Source: Selaginella moellendorffii (taxonomy: Eukaryota > Plantae > Lycopodiophyta). From it: a stretch of 64,000 bases of DNA. Where the stretch lies: contig NW_003314279.1 of NCBI RefSeq assembly GCF_000143415.4, forward strand, positions 682,130 through 746,129, given 5' to 3'. The translations under genes and the position numbers were made by a program. Below the pieces are notes generated by a model that saw only the letters and a list, made by a program, of their open reading frames with translations, searched no databases and had not been told where the DNA came from. Of the stretch, positions 21,445 to 33,339 are shown piece after piece (the first letter of the stretch is position 1; every line of letters begins with the position of its first letter).

Positions 21445-22423
21445 TTACTGTTGCTTTACAGTCAGTGAGGGCTGGCCCCGAGGCAGCCTCTTTGCAATCT
21501 CCTGTATGTTTCTGAGAATTAAAAGGGATTCAACAAAAAACCTCAGCGTACCTCGAAGACCTCGTTAATGTTGCCGGCGGTTTTTGCCGACGCCTCCGTA
21601 AAGAACATGGAGTTGCTCTCTGCGTAAGCCCGAGCTTCCTGTAGATAGCATGTTGTGAGAGCAATTTTGAAGTGCCAACTTGAACATACATCTGTTGAAA
21701 CCGTGCGCAAGTTGTCAAGGTCGGCCTTGTTCCCAACAAGCGCAAGAACTATCCCTGCATTCGCATGTTTTTGTAGCTCCTACACGAAAATAAACGAGCA
21801 ACCATAGTTAATGACAAGCACGCAAAATGAAAACCAAAGGTGGAACCTTGACCCAGTATTGAGCTTTCTGAAATGACTCCTTGCTGGTCAGGTCGTAGAC
21901 TACCACCGCTGCAGAAGCTCCCCTATAGTACAGTGGTGCTAATGAAGCATATCTCTCTTGTCCTGCGGTGTCCCATATCTCAAACTTAACTGTGCTCGAG
22001 TCTTGGAGAGCTATAGTTTGCGACAAAAAAGAAGCACCAACAGTAACCTGTAGCACCATATCAAAATAATAAACACATTAAAAGCACTACTTACCTTTGA
22101 TGACGGATCAAACTGCCCCCTTACAAAGCGCAGAACAATGCAGCTCTTTCCCACTCCGGAGTCGCCGAGAAGAACCAGCTGATTGTAGAGAGTTGGATCA
22201 ATTCACAGCACACGCTTTGCAACTCACCTTGACCCGTAGGTGTTTAGTATCTTGCGATCCATTTTCCAGAGAACCGTCACTCAAATGTGGCAAACCTTTA
22301 ACTGGAGAAAAAGGAAATCAGCTTCGAACTTGGAGCTCACACAAATAGATCGCATAAATTGACGATTTGGGTACAGCCATCGAAGGAGCAAAACATACCG
22401 GGTCTAGAAGCCGCACACCCCAT
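21445..22423 (-). CDS. RABF1: Plant-unique Rab5 GTPase ARA6/RABF1
   Basis: N-terminal MGC (myristoyl/palmitoyl sites), GDSGVGKS, 'VTVGASF', [13 protein letters not shown] and SAK, with no C-terminal prenylation Cys. Confidence 0.95.
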
Positions 22424-22455
22424 CGTCGTAAGAACCTATGGAATATGCTGATCTC

Positions 22456-23679
22456 TCACTGGAGTTTAAGTAGTTCCGGAATAGTCACGACCGAATAGCC
22501 CTTTCGTTTAAGCTCGGGGAGAAGTACCCTTAGCACCTGAAACCAAATTTGTGATCGAAACTAGGAAAAAGGGTAGTACCTCCGGAGTCTGTATCTTCTG
22601 CTGTTCCCTGTCGTGAAGAACGATAATAGCACCGGGATGAACCTACAACTTTCCACAATAAAGGTTTAAGGACCATCTGGAAAATTGACACATACCCTCC
22701 ACAATAGGTACTTTGCAATCAACTTTCCTTTGTTCCTGAACAACGTGTCGAGAGGATACAGAGAGCCGAGTACCAATTTGTAGCCGTACCCCTCGACAAG
22801 ATCTATCATTTCTCGATTGTAGAAGCCGTGCCCCTGCACGAGAATTATGATTGATCAGTGAACGAAGAAGCTTGAGTTACATACGGGTCGAAACCACTTC
22901 CACGGTTTCCCGTCCTCGCCTTTACGGAAAAATGGTTCGAGCCGTCTCTCTGTGGCCAGAAGCTGGGCAGTAAACTCCTCCTGCATGAATACAAATGCTT
23001 CAACTTACGCCTATAAAAACGAGGCATACCGGAGAGAGACGCCAGGAAGCACAATCGTACATGGTGTGGTTCCCAACCTCATGCCCTGTATCATCCAACG
23101 TGACGAAAAGCAAAGCTATGGCGACGCACCTTCTTTGTAAATTCTCTCGACCACCTCTGGGCACTTGTCCATATTACTTCCTATCAGGAACCACGTCGCT
23201 TTGCTGTGGTTTTCCTCAAGAATGTCCAGTAGCTGAAACACGAAAATCCCTCGGGACGATTTAGCTAAGAACATGTAAAGCATTCACAAAGAAAAATAAA
23301 AAGAATCTCTCCAGGCACTCAAGAAAAACTAGTTCACTACCTCGTGTGTAATGTCTCTGTGAGGCCCATCGTCCAGAGTGAGCGCGACCAGAAGCTCTGG
23401 ACAAAATCAAGCGATGTAAGAGTGCTAGGGAAGGAAAGAGAAGAGCAGACCGTGCTTTTCTCGTCTTTGATCGAGAAACAAGACTCTTCGCTGCCTCGTT
23501 TGCACGATCCTGACGAGCCATGTCGGGTGAACGGCGAGCCTGGATTCACAAGAAAGGATGAGCAACGCAAAGAGCTGCCTATGATCGATCACTCACGTAA
23601 GAATGCCAATGCCGGCGATTCCAAGCGCTCCAAATCCGAGGGTAAGCGTCGCGGCGGCCACTCCGCCTTGTGGCCACAT
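22456..23679 (-). CDS. Carbohydrate esterase family 4 (NodB-like polysaccharide deacetylase) with N-terminal TM, 9 exons, ~250 aa
   Basis: Manual splicing at canonical GT-AG sites gives an open frame with VALTLDDGP, KATWFLIG, GHEVGNHTMYD, WFRPGHG, LGSLYPLD, PGAIIVLHD and 'LPELKRKGYSVVTIPELL'. Confidence 0.88.
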
Positions 23680-23759
23680 TCTCTTTTCTTCCAAGAAATT
23701 AGGGTTCTACGAGGAAATGCATTCCGCTGACAATTCTAGGGCTCCTCGAGCGCCGATGG

Positions 23760-25712
23760 ATGCGGCGAGCGAATGTAAGAATCTGTGCCTCTCGCCTGCT
23801 CTCTTGTGATCTTTCTCTCTGCAGAGCGAGCACACAATCAATCTGGCAGAGCAGCAAGATCGAGGAGAATGTTTTGGTATCCAGGAGTTTCGATGGCACT
23901 GGGTTCGCCCTCGCGGCCTCGAGAGCTTGCGGCATTCTCAGGGATCTGGAAACAGCACGAAGGCTACACAAGGATGCAATCGCGATCGACGGGAACAGCA
24001 ACATCTACATCGCGAGCAGCTTGGTGGACAGCTACGCGAAATGTGGGAGCCTGGTCGATGCTCGCAGCGCCTTCGAAGCTATGGAGTCCCGCAATGCAGT
24101 GGCGTGGACGTCGCTGATCCTCGGCTGCGCGGAGAATGGGGAGGCCGAGGCTGGCCTGGAGTTGTTCCAGCGGATCATCGACGAGGGCTGCGAGCCAAGC
24201 GCTCGATCTTTCGTGGCGGCTCTCAAGTGTTGCTCTCGGCTGGCCAGGGAAGAAGAGGGAAGCCTCGATCGTCTCCATGGCAAGACGCGCAAGAAGCTGA
24301 GAAGCTTGGCTCGAGGGGCGGCTATTCATCGCTTGATCGAGGGATGCGTGGATATCTTCGTCGCGGGCAGCCTGATCGACATGTACGCTAGCTGTGGAGA
24401 TTTGCTGCGAGCTCGTCGCGTCTTCGACAGGATTCCATGCCACAACTTGGTAGCGTGGAACGCTATGATCCTGGGCTATGCCGAGCAAGGTGACGGACGC
24501 TCGTCACTGGAGCTCTACGATCGCTTGTCCTCAATTCCGGGGACGGTTCCAGACGCTCGAACGATTGGAGCTGCTCTTAAGGCTTGCTCCCTCCTAGCAG
24601 CTGACAAGCTCCGCAACGAAAAGTTCTATGAAAAGTTGGAGGATGGAAAGTTGGAGCATGAAGGACACGAAGAAAGGATAGAGCATGAAGAACAAGAACA
24701 CAGTAACACTCTCCAGGTCAGGGAATTGCTGGACAAAGGCAGGGAGCTGTTCTCTCGAGCAGTGGAACTCGGGTATGGCTCGGACGTCTTTCTTCTCAAC
24801 ACGGTGGTAGACTTTTACGCGAAGTGTGGGAGCTTGGCCGAGGCTCGGGCGGTCTTCGACAGGATTCCATGCAAGACGTGCATCTCCTGGAACGCTCTCA
24901 TGCTCGGCTACGTGGAGAACGGTCATGCCGAGCAGGCTCTAGACTTGTTCTTGAGCATGCCGGACGAGAAGGATTCGACGACGTTTGCTGCGGCTTTCAA
25001 GGCCTGTGGTAGCAGAGCTTTTCTGGGAACTGGGAAGTCCATCCACGCACAGATCTGCCGGTGTGGAGCTGAGAAGAACCTGGTTGTGGCGACCGGAGCT
25101 TTGGATTTCTACTCCAAGTGCGGCAACATGGTCGAAGCTCAGCACATCTTCGACTCCATGCCGTCGAAGAACACCGTAACTTGGACAGCGCTCATCGGCG
25201 GATTCAGTCGCCTGGGAGGAGAGGAATCGACAAAGCAGGTGTTTTATCTCTTCCGGGAGATGCTTGACGGAGGGTTCAAGCCAGACGGTGCCACTTTCGT
25301 GCTGGTCATTGCCGCTTGCAGCCATGCCGGCCTGGTCGACGAAGGCCGGAAGATCTTCGAAGTTCTTCCGGGGCACGGCGTCTCTCTCGGGATAGAGCAC
25401 TACCACGCCTTGATCGATCTTCTGGGACGAGCCAACGAGCTCCAGGAAGCTCTGGACGTGGCGGAGACGATGCCTTTCAAGCCCAGCTTCGTGACATGGA
25501 TGACGCTGATGGCCTGCTGCAAGAAGTGGGGCAATGCAGCGATTGGGAAGCTCGCGTTCCAGAGATTGATAGCGATCGATGCGACAGACTCCACTGCCTA
25601 TGTGCTCCTGGAGAAGATCTACGCGAGCCAAGGATCGTGGAAGGAGCTCGCGGAGATCGAAGAAATGAGGAAGAAGAAGAAAGCGAAGACCGTTGACTCT
25701 GTACGTCTTTGA
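23760..25712 (+). CDS. PLS-class pentatricopeptide repeat protein with E extension, no DYW (start uncertain)
   Basis: Repeated 'SLVD.YAKCG.L.DAR..F..M...N.V.W', 'ACSHAGLVDEG', 'HY..LIDLLGRA..L.EA' and E-domain 'YVLL..IY...G.W'. Confidence 0.92.
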   Translation: MRRANVRICASRLLSCDLSLCRASTQSIWQSSKIEENVLVSRSFDGTGFALAASRACGILRDLETARRLHKDAIAIDGNSNIYIASSLVDSYAKCGSLVDARSAFEAMESRNAVAWTSLILGCAENGEAEAGLELFQRIIDEGCEPSARSFVAALKCCSRLAREEEGSLDRLHGKTRKKLRSLARGAAIHRLIEGCVDIFVAGSLIDMYASCGDLLRARRVFDRIPCHNLVAWNAMILGYAEQGDGRSSLELYDRLSSIPGTVPDARTIGAALKACSLLAADKLRNEKFYEKLEDGKLEHEGHEERIEHEEQEHSNTLQVRELLDKGRELFSRAVELGYGSDVFLLNTVVDFYAKCGSLAEARAVFDRIPCKTCISWNALMLGYVENGHAEQALDLFLSMPDEKDSTTFAAAFKACGSRAFLGTGKSIHAQICRCGAEKNLVVATGALDFYSKCGNMVEAQHIFDSMPSKNTVTWTALIGGFSRLGGEESTKQVFYLFREMLDGGFKPDGATFVLVIAACSHAGLVDEGRKIFEVLPGHGVSLGIEHYHALIDLLGRANELQEALDVAETMPFKPSFVTWMTLMACCKKWGNAAIGKLAFQRLIAIDATDSTAYVLLEKIYASQGSWKELAEIEEMRKKKKAKTVDSVRL

Positions 25713-26019
25713 CTAGACCGCGTTTGACTGAAAATTCTACGGTGCTATGGCTGTTTCCACGACGCTTCTTCGATAACTAGCTAAAAGCGTTTTTACAGTG
25801 AGCTATTTGCTAGTCCATTCTTCGCTAGGGCTCTCTGGCGCTCCGGACTAGGGTATACATGGTCCTCGTGAGCTTGGCAGCTGAGAGCGCGGCGCCAGCG
25901 CGTTGATCTGGGCAGAGCGGAGCTTCCAATTCCACTAGTGCCGGCAGTCCGCGAGCTGAAATTGTGAGTTTCTAGGGGCGAAGAAATGCGCGATAGCGCT
26001 CCTCGCAGCGATCCTCACA

Positions 26020-29000
26020 ATGTATGACAATCGCCGTTTAAGATTCTTTCCCTCTCAGCCAGGTATGTGCTCTGTTGTGGAGAAGCGATTTTTTGGATTA
26101 ATTTTGTGTTGTTTGACAATGTCTATAGAGATTGACATCTATCAGATTATACGCGAAGCACAGAACAGATGGTTGAGGCCTCTGGAAGTGATCGAGATCC
26201 TCCGCAACTACCAGAAGTTCCGGCTCAACCCCGTTCCACCGAATAAGCCTCCAAGTATGAATCGATCGCCTTGAGCTTTGACTGGACATTTAATGCTTTA
26301 CAAGCAGGTGGATCGTTGTTTCTCTTTGATCGTAAGACACTGCGCTTCTTCCGCAAGGATGGTCATAATTGGCGGAAGAAGAAAGATGGTAAAACTGTCC
26401 GAGAGGCTCACGAGCGTCTTAAGGTATGGCTAGAAGCTTGCTCGAAGAATTTCTAAGATATTCCTATTGTAGGCCGGTAGTGTAGATGTTCTTCATTGTT
26501 ATTATGCTCATGGAGAGGACAATCCGAATTTTCAACGTCGGAGTTATTGGATGCTTGAAGGGTAATGTCAACAAAAAGAATAGCCGATAGTTATAACGAC
26601 AGTTTTACAGGGCATATGAACACATCGTCCTTGTACACTACAGGGAAGTCACGGAGGTACAAAGTTTTATTTTTTACCTCTCCATGTGTATCTCGAAAGT
26701 CATTTCTTTATTTTGCACTTTCCAGGGAAGCAGATCATCTGTGTATCGATCCATGCAAGAAGCAAAAGAGAATGCGTCGCATTCTCGTGCTACGGGACAA
26801 AGCCTACCTGCATCCAATTCAGCCATTTCCGACGTTGAGGTGACAGGCCCCTACAAATCCCCCGAAGCTCCTGTGACGCCCATCGAAAGTGAAGGCACCG
26901 ACTCTGGTGAAGAAGGCCACTTTAATGAAAACAATGTTGTGGAGCAATCGTCCTTACTGCAGCAAGTCGCTCAATCTTCTCCAGTCGCTCCACCCTCTAC
27001 CAGTGTTCCCGTTGCAGCGGTGCCTGCTGCGGCGAAAAATCTCGAAGGAGTGGACTATGACGATCTTCTACGAAATCCTGGTAAAATTAATCTATTCTCT
27101 ACATCAAGCTGACTGTCCTGTTTTGTAGACGCGTATCTTGGTCAAAAGTCAATAGATGCCCAGACATGGAGTACGTTGCTGGATAACTTCGGAGGCACCA
27201 ACACAATTGAAAAAATGGAAAGCACTTCTCAAAGCCATTTCCTATCTCCCGGTTTTTCAAATCACGTGTATAACTCCATTACACCTACTAATCACCCTTT
27301 TCCACCTGTGGTAAGTTGTGCTCATGCTATCAGTTCGTTTCCTGAGCTTTTTTAATAGATTCCGACTCCGGATTCTCATAATATGGAAGTTGATCTTCGT
27401 CAGGTGATTCTGCAAGCCATGCATTTCTTATGACGCATTGTTTTTATTGCTACATATTTTTGTGACGCAGGCTCAGTATTCCGCACAAGATATTTCCAAA
27501 AAACCACAAACCGCTATTCCGAATGATGCTTCCGAATGCTACAAAGTCGCTCTGCCAGACGTGTTGGTTGAAGACGAGGGGAAAACTTCGTTAAAAAAGC
27601 TGGATAGCTTTGGCCGATGGATGAGCCGGGAAATTGGAGAGGATAGTCAGAGCTCTTTACTTTCAGGCTCTACTGACCACGCTTACTGGACACTGGACGA
27701 CCATAACACGTTCGATGAGATTTCAAACTTTACTCAACAAATACAGGACGTTGGTCTTGGCCCGTCTGTCTCGCAAGATCAGCAGTTCAGTATCGTGGAT
27801 TTCTCACCGGATTGGGCGTTTGCATCAGAAGAAACGAAGGTGAAACATTTTCCCGGTCCAGTTTTGTTGAAAAGTATCTTAAGTTTCTTTTGTTCTTTTT
27901 TTTTTCCAGGTTATCGTTGCAGGGAACTTTTTGAAGAGGGGTGCAAGCCCTGTATGGCACTGCATGTTTGGTGAAGTGGAGGTTCCTGCAGAGACCATTC
28001 ATGAAGGTGTTCTTCGTTGCAAGGCCCCTATGCATTCTCCAGGAAGGGTTCCTTTGTATATTACTCTTGGAGATAGGCTCGCTTGCAGTGAAATTAGGGA
28101 GTTCGAATATCGTACCGCGACGATGAAGCCTGTAGCGGGTAATCCAGAACAATTACAGGTTGAAGACGAGGTTTTAGAACAGCGGTTTGCAAGGTTAATT
28201 TCTCTCAACTCCGACGAAGCAACGAAGTCCGAGGAGCAGTCAGATAAAGTACAGCTATCGAAGATCTTGGAACTTACTTCTGGTCTGTGGGAAGATCCTG
28301 AGCCGAGTGAGAGCGAGGTGGGAAGTTCCACAAGAGACACCGTTCTTCAAACGCTGTTGAAGCAGCAACTTCAGAGATGGCTGCTTGTGAAAGTTTGTGA
28401 CCGGGATAAAGGTGCTGCGGTTTTGGATGCGCAGGGACAAAGTGCGCTTCACTTGGCAGCTGCACTAGGATACGATTGGGCCGTCAATCCCATACTGGCT
28501 GCTGGTGTCGGAGCTAACTTTCGAGATGTCCACGGTTGGACGGGACTTCATTGGGCCGCATCTCGTGGAAGGTTTATTTTCTTTTTCTCTTTTGTTTTTC
28601 CGATCTTCTAAAGCTCGCGGATCTTGTAGGGAGAAAGTGGTTTCGACACTTCTGGCAGCTGGTGCCTCTCCAGGACTGGTTACTGATCCTACTCCACAAA
28701 ATTCATCTGGACGTACTCCCGCCGACCTCGCAGCAAGCAGCGGTCACAAAGGAATGGCAGGATTACTAGCGGAGATGTCTCTGACTACTCATCTCACGTC
28801 ATTGACGCTGAAGGAGAGGAACACCGACGAAATAGACTCGCTGTCTGCTGTTCTTGCCGAAGAGAAAGCCGTAGAGGATTTCTCGGACAACCAAGCTGCA
28901 AATGGTGGAACCGATCGGTCCCTGCTCCAAGGCTCCCTCCGAGCTGTCAGAAACGCAGCCCGCGCTGCAGCGCTCATCCATGCAAGCTTCCGCCAAGAAT

Positions 29001-29700
29001 CGTTCAGGAGGCGCCAGGAGAAGATTGGAGAAGAAATCGACAACGAATATGGAATGTCGATGAACGAGATGAAGGTTTTGGCTTCGCGAAATGGCGGCGC
29101 GAACCGGAAGGAACACTCGGCAGCGACAAAGATACAGCAAAAGTATCGCGGCTGGAAAGGTCGCAGGGACTTCCTCCTCCTCCGCCAACGCGTAGTGAGA
29201 ATCCAGGTAACACCGTCGATTCAGCGTCGCTTTTGGTGACTAAAAGCTTGTGCCGCTCTTCAGGCTCACGTTCGCGGACACCAAGTTCGTAGGAAATTCA
29301 GAAAGATTCTCTGGACGGTCGGCATACTGGACAAAGCCATTCTGAGATGGCGGAGGAAGCGCGGTGGCCTCCGCCGAGCGAGCGCGCAAACTGAAAACAC
29401 GGACGACGACGACGTCTTGAAAGCCGGCAGGAAACAAAAGGAGGCACAGTTCCAAAAGGCCGTGACGCGCGTCCAGTCCATGGTTCGCTCGCACGAAGCG
29501 CAAGAACAATATCAAAGAATACAGGAAGCTTACCTTCAAGCTGTGGTGAGTAGTCTCTCGTTTTTTGCTAGTTTCCCAGCATTTCGATCGTGGGCTTATA
29601 GTCTCCCATCTTCATTCGATCTAAAACTTTTGCGTTTGCGCAGGCTGGTGACTCTCAAGCTCGAAACGAGAATGAACGAGACGAGACAATGCTGGGCTGA
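26020..29700 (+). CDS. CAMTA: Calmodulin-binding transcription activator (CG-1, TIG, ankyrin, IQ)
   Basis: 'RWLRP.E', 'FRKDGHNWRKKKDGKTVREAHERLK', 'LHCYYAHGE', 'KLDSFGRWM', 'FSPDWA', ankyrin 'GWTGLHWAA' and IQ 'IQQKYRGWKGR'. Confidence 0.95.
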
Positions 29701-29847
29701 CCGGAAAAACTAACAAGCAGTACTCTTATATCGGATAACTTTGGTTTCCTTCTTTCGCCATTACGTTTTAAGCTTGTTGTTTCTACTAACATTCGAATGC
29801 TGTCATTTTTTGCGCGATATATATAAATTCCACACCAAAGTTTTTCC

Positions 29848-29937
29848 AGACCGTTAGATGAGAGAGATCCGCGACTGAAACGTTCCACGGCTACATGCCG
29901 TCGATATTCTGGACGGGCGGGATCTTTCTAACGGCCA
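29848..29937. promoter_or_regulatory. Two MSA (MYB3R) elements upstream of the kinesin
   Basis: agaccgttaga (29848-29858, reverse) and tctaacggcca (29927-29937) match YCYAACGGYY. Confidence 0.7.
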
Positions 29938-30089
29938 TATGATGTTTGAAGTGTAACAAGAAAAAAGAAAAAGAGGGTTTTGAGGAGTCCTATGCCACTA
30001 GATTGGGATCCACGCGCGCGCTAATGCGATCGATCGCTGTTCTAGGTACCTGATCGATCGATTTTGCGTTTCTGGGAGTAGATTAGGCG

Positions 30090-33041
30090 ATGGGGAGTCA
30101 TCCGGTAGAGGTAGTAGGGCGCATTCGCGGCCATCCCGACGGCAAGGGCGAGCAATCGTCGGCGCTGAGTGTTCTAGCGGGCGGCAAGTCAGTCCGGCTG
30201 CGATGCGACCAGGGATACAGGGATTTCGTGCTGGATGGAGTGTCCGTGGCCGAGGAGGAGAATTTGAGAGCGTTCTACGCGAAATATGTGGAAGCCAGGG
30301 TCGATGACGTGAGGGCCGGCGGGCGATGCACGGTGATGATGTATGGGCCGACTGGCGCGGGCAAGAGCCACACGATGTTTGGATCTTCCAAGGAGGCTGG
30401 AGTGGCATACCTTGCTCTCCATCAGATCATGAAGAGCAAGCTTCCAGTGCCGCACGGCAATCGCACGAATGTCACGGCCAATGTTCTGGAGATCTACAAC
30501 GAGGAGGTGTATGATCTTCTCGCCAGTAACTGCGTGGCTAGTCCGGGGCCAAAGTCATTAAAGCCCATTCCAGGCCGGGTAAGTTAGTTCGTCCTACCTA
30601 GGCACCATTCTAACTCTTTTCTTTCTTTATTTTTTCTAGGCAAGGCTCGAGGTGCGAGGAGGAAAAGCGAAAAATGCGACATTCATTTCTGGTGAAGATC
30701 CCTCCAAGCTTGTGAACGAAATTGCCAACGTCGAGAAGCGTCGAGTTGTGAAAAGCACCAACTGTAACAGTCGAAGTTCTCGGAGCCACTGCATGGTAAT
30801 CTGATTACTAGCGCGACCTCTGATAGATTAACTTGTCCTAGCAGGTTGTCCTGAATGTTTCTGGAGCGGGTGGGAAGCTGATCTTGGTGGATATGGCCGG
30901 CTCTGAGAATTCTGATCAAGCGGGATCCATTGGGTCGGAAGCTAAAATACAGGTACCAATACTATGGAGATTTGAAAGCTGTTGTTAACTTTAGTTTTCA
31001 GACTGGAAAGATAAATCAAGGAAACGGTGCACTAAGACGGGTGGTAGAGTGCATTGCCAACGGAGATCCTTACATTCCTTACCGGGACAGTAAACTCACA
31101 ATGCTTCTTCAGGTAACTTCTCAAAATGAAAGTCCGAATAGATCTCAAGTACGGTTTATCCAGGATTCGTTCGAAGAGGATGGGGCAAAGATTTTGATGA
31201 TTTTGTGCGCCAGTCCAGACAGCAGAGATGCCTACAAGACAATCTGCACATTGGAGTATGGAGCTAAAGCAAAGTGCATCGTTCGACTTCCTTCTTCTCC
31301 ACCTAAGGACAGAGCGACATTTGCCGACGGCATGGAAGCTGTGTTACTGGCTCGCCTTCGTCATAAGGACGAGTGCATTGAGAGGTTGCGCCAGGAGTAT
31401 GATCAGAAGGAAAGGGAACGTTTAGAAATTGCTCAGAAACTCATCCAGCGGGAGGAAGATTTGAAGGTACTGACGCTAAGGACCGAGAAGATGGAGGAAG
31501 AAAAGGTGAAGAGATTTGCGGAACTGCAAGGTGAAATGGAACGTATGATGAAGGAGAAGGCAGACGAACTGAGAAGAGAAATGGAACTTGAACTGCAACT
31601 TCAAGTTCACAAGATTTGTCCTGAAAATGGTCAGTATCGACTTGCTGAGCTGGAGAAGGTAATCCAAGATCAAAGGCAGGAGATCGCAGTGCTGCATTTG
31701 AGAGCTGAGCGAGCAGAGTCTCAGGTTCAAGAGTTCCTTCAAGCATCGAGTCAGGCATGGGCTGAGTCCAACGACATAGTGGATATGGATTTATCCAACA
31801 GCATTTGCATGTCAAGAGATTTCACGAACGGCAGCACTGCGGATGATCGAGCAGGAGATAGTTCTGTCGTATTGGAAACACCTGCATCAACAGACAATGA
31901 GCGTGGCCAGGAAGATCAATCGGACAAGTATGACACACCGAAAGATGGAGTCAACCGGAACTTGTTTGCTCTGGATAAAGTCCACAGCGAGGTGGAGGTT
32001 CCGTGGAGCGAAATCGGGCTTTTCAAAACAGGTTGGCTACCAATCATACCTGAAGAGGCGGATGAAGAGGCTTTGAAACCTGTCGAGACTTCGAGTGGAG
32101 ATACAGGAGAAGACACGCCGCAACCGTTATGTCCAAGTAACCTTGAGAAGAAGTTCGAATTGCAGTTTGAGGATAAAGGTAAAATTTCAAGCGCAGAAGT
32201 AAGTGTTGGGAGGATCGAAGCAGTTGCCGTCTCTCCGGTCGGTACCAAGTCAACAATCGATCATTGCACTTCGCATGAGAGGGTTGCCAGCAGAAAGGCT
32301 CGAATCGAGAACATTTTCCTACTTTGTGGCAATCACAGAGAGCTTGCCAAGAGTCCACGACGAGGTGACGCACCATCTTGGGATACTACTTCGGACATCC
32401 AGGATGGACATCTTTCTCCATTCCGTCCTCGCGACAGAGATTCATTGAAAGCAGTACTTGATTTTCCTAGCACTCCGGAGGCACTACATGCCGCCACAAC
32501 GATTTCGAACGACAATAGTGATACAGAGGTCTACGTCAAATGGGAGTCGACAAAGATGGCCGCTGGAAAACCGATTTGCAGTGTCCGCGTTAGCAGCAGC
32601 ACCAGCCTGGCAGATCTGCGGACTAAGATCGGCCTCCACGTTATCTCTCCATCGGACTTTTCGTTTTCTCTCGGCGTAAGGAAAACATGCGCTCTGCTTT
32701 CATGTCTCATATTCTAATGGTGGAGGTTACAGGACTTCGGTGGTGCTCCAATCGACAGAGCGGCAGAAAATGCACTTCTCGTGAGATCGCTACCACTTCA
32801 TGAAAATAATCCAAACTGGAGGCTGGCGTGCTTGAGAACCTCAGCAACGTCACCAGCGAGATCAAGCCCGAGCAGCCGGTCAACCCCGTTCAAGCCAGTG
32901 GAGAACCGCGCGACGTCAACCAGTCCTCCGAGCGCGTCCAGCAACAAGCTTGTGGAAGTCCGCGGAGGGGAAGAGAACATCGCGCCTGTAGCAGAAATAG
33001 ACGTGCTTTCAAGAGGTGCAGTTTTCTTTTGCAAACACTAG
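30090..33041 (+). CDS. Phragmoplast-associated orphan kinesin (PAKRP2/KINID1-like)
   Basis: 'HPVEVVGRIR', 'GYRDF.LDGVS', P-loop GPTGAGKSHT, 'SSRSH', 'LVDMAGSE', 'IPYRDSKLTMLLQ' and a coiled-coil tail. Confidence 0.9.
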
Positions 33042-33339
33042 ACAGATTTCTTGCTAAGTGCCTGCTCTTTATGTTCCAGTTTGTGCGAGGTAGCTGTACA
33101 GTGGTGTGTGACAAAAACAAGCTTAAAAGCGTCATTTCCAGGTAGCTCTACTCGATATTACGAGTCCACAGATCTCCGTTTGCGCGCGTTTTTTGATCAC
33201 TTAATAAGGCCAAATAGAAAATACTGATTGTGGTCTTACAAACGCTACGCTAGAACAGATTATTCTTGCAACTAACTGCTGCCTCTTCTTGTGTTACATG
33301 TACAAAAACTTGCGAGTATTCCTGTACACAGACTAAAAG

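Noticed and set aside
25986-26027. uORF overlapping the CAMTA start
   Set aside because: Its ATG probably lies inside a 5'UTR intron (gtgagt 25964...cgcag 26008), so it cannot be supported.
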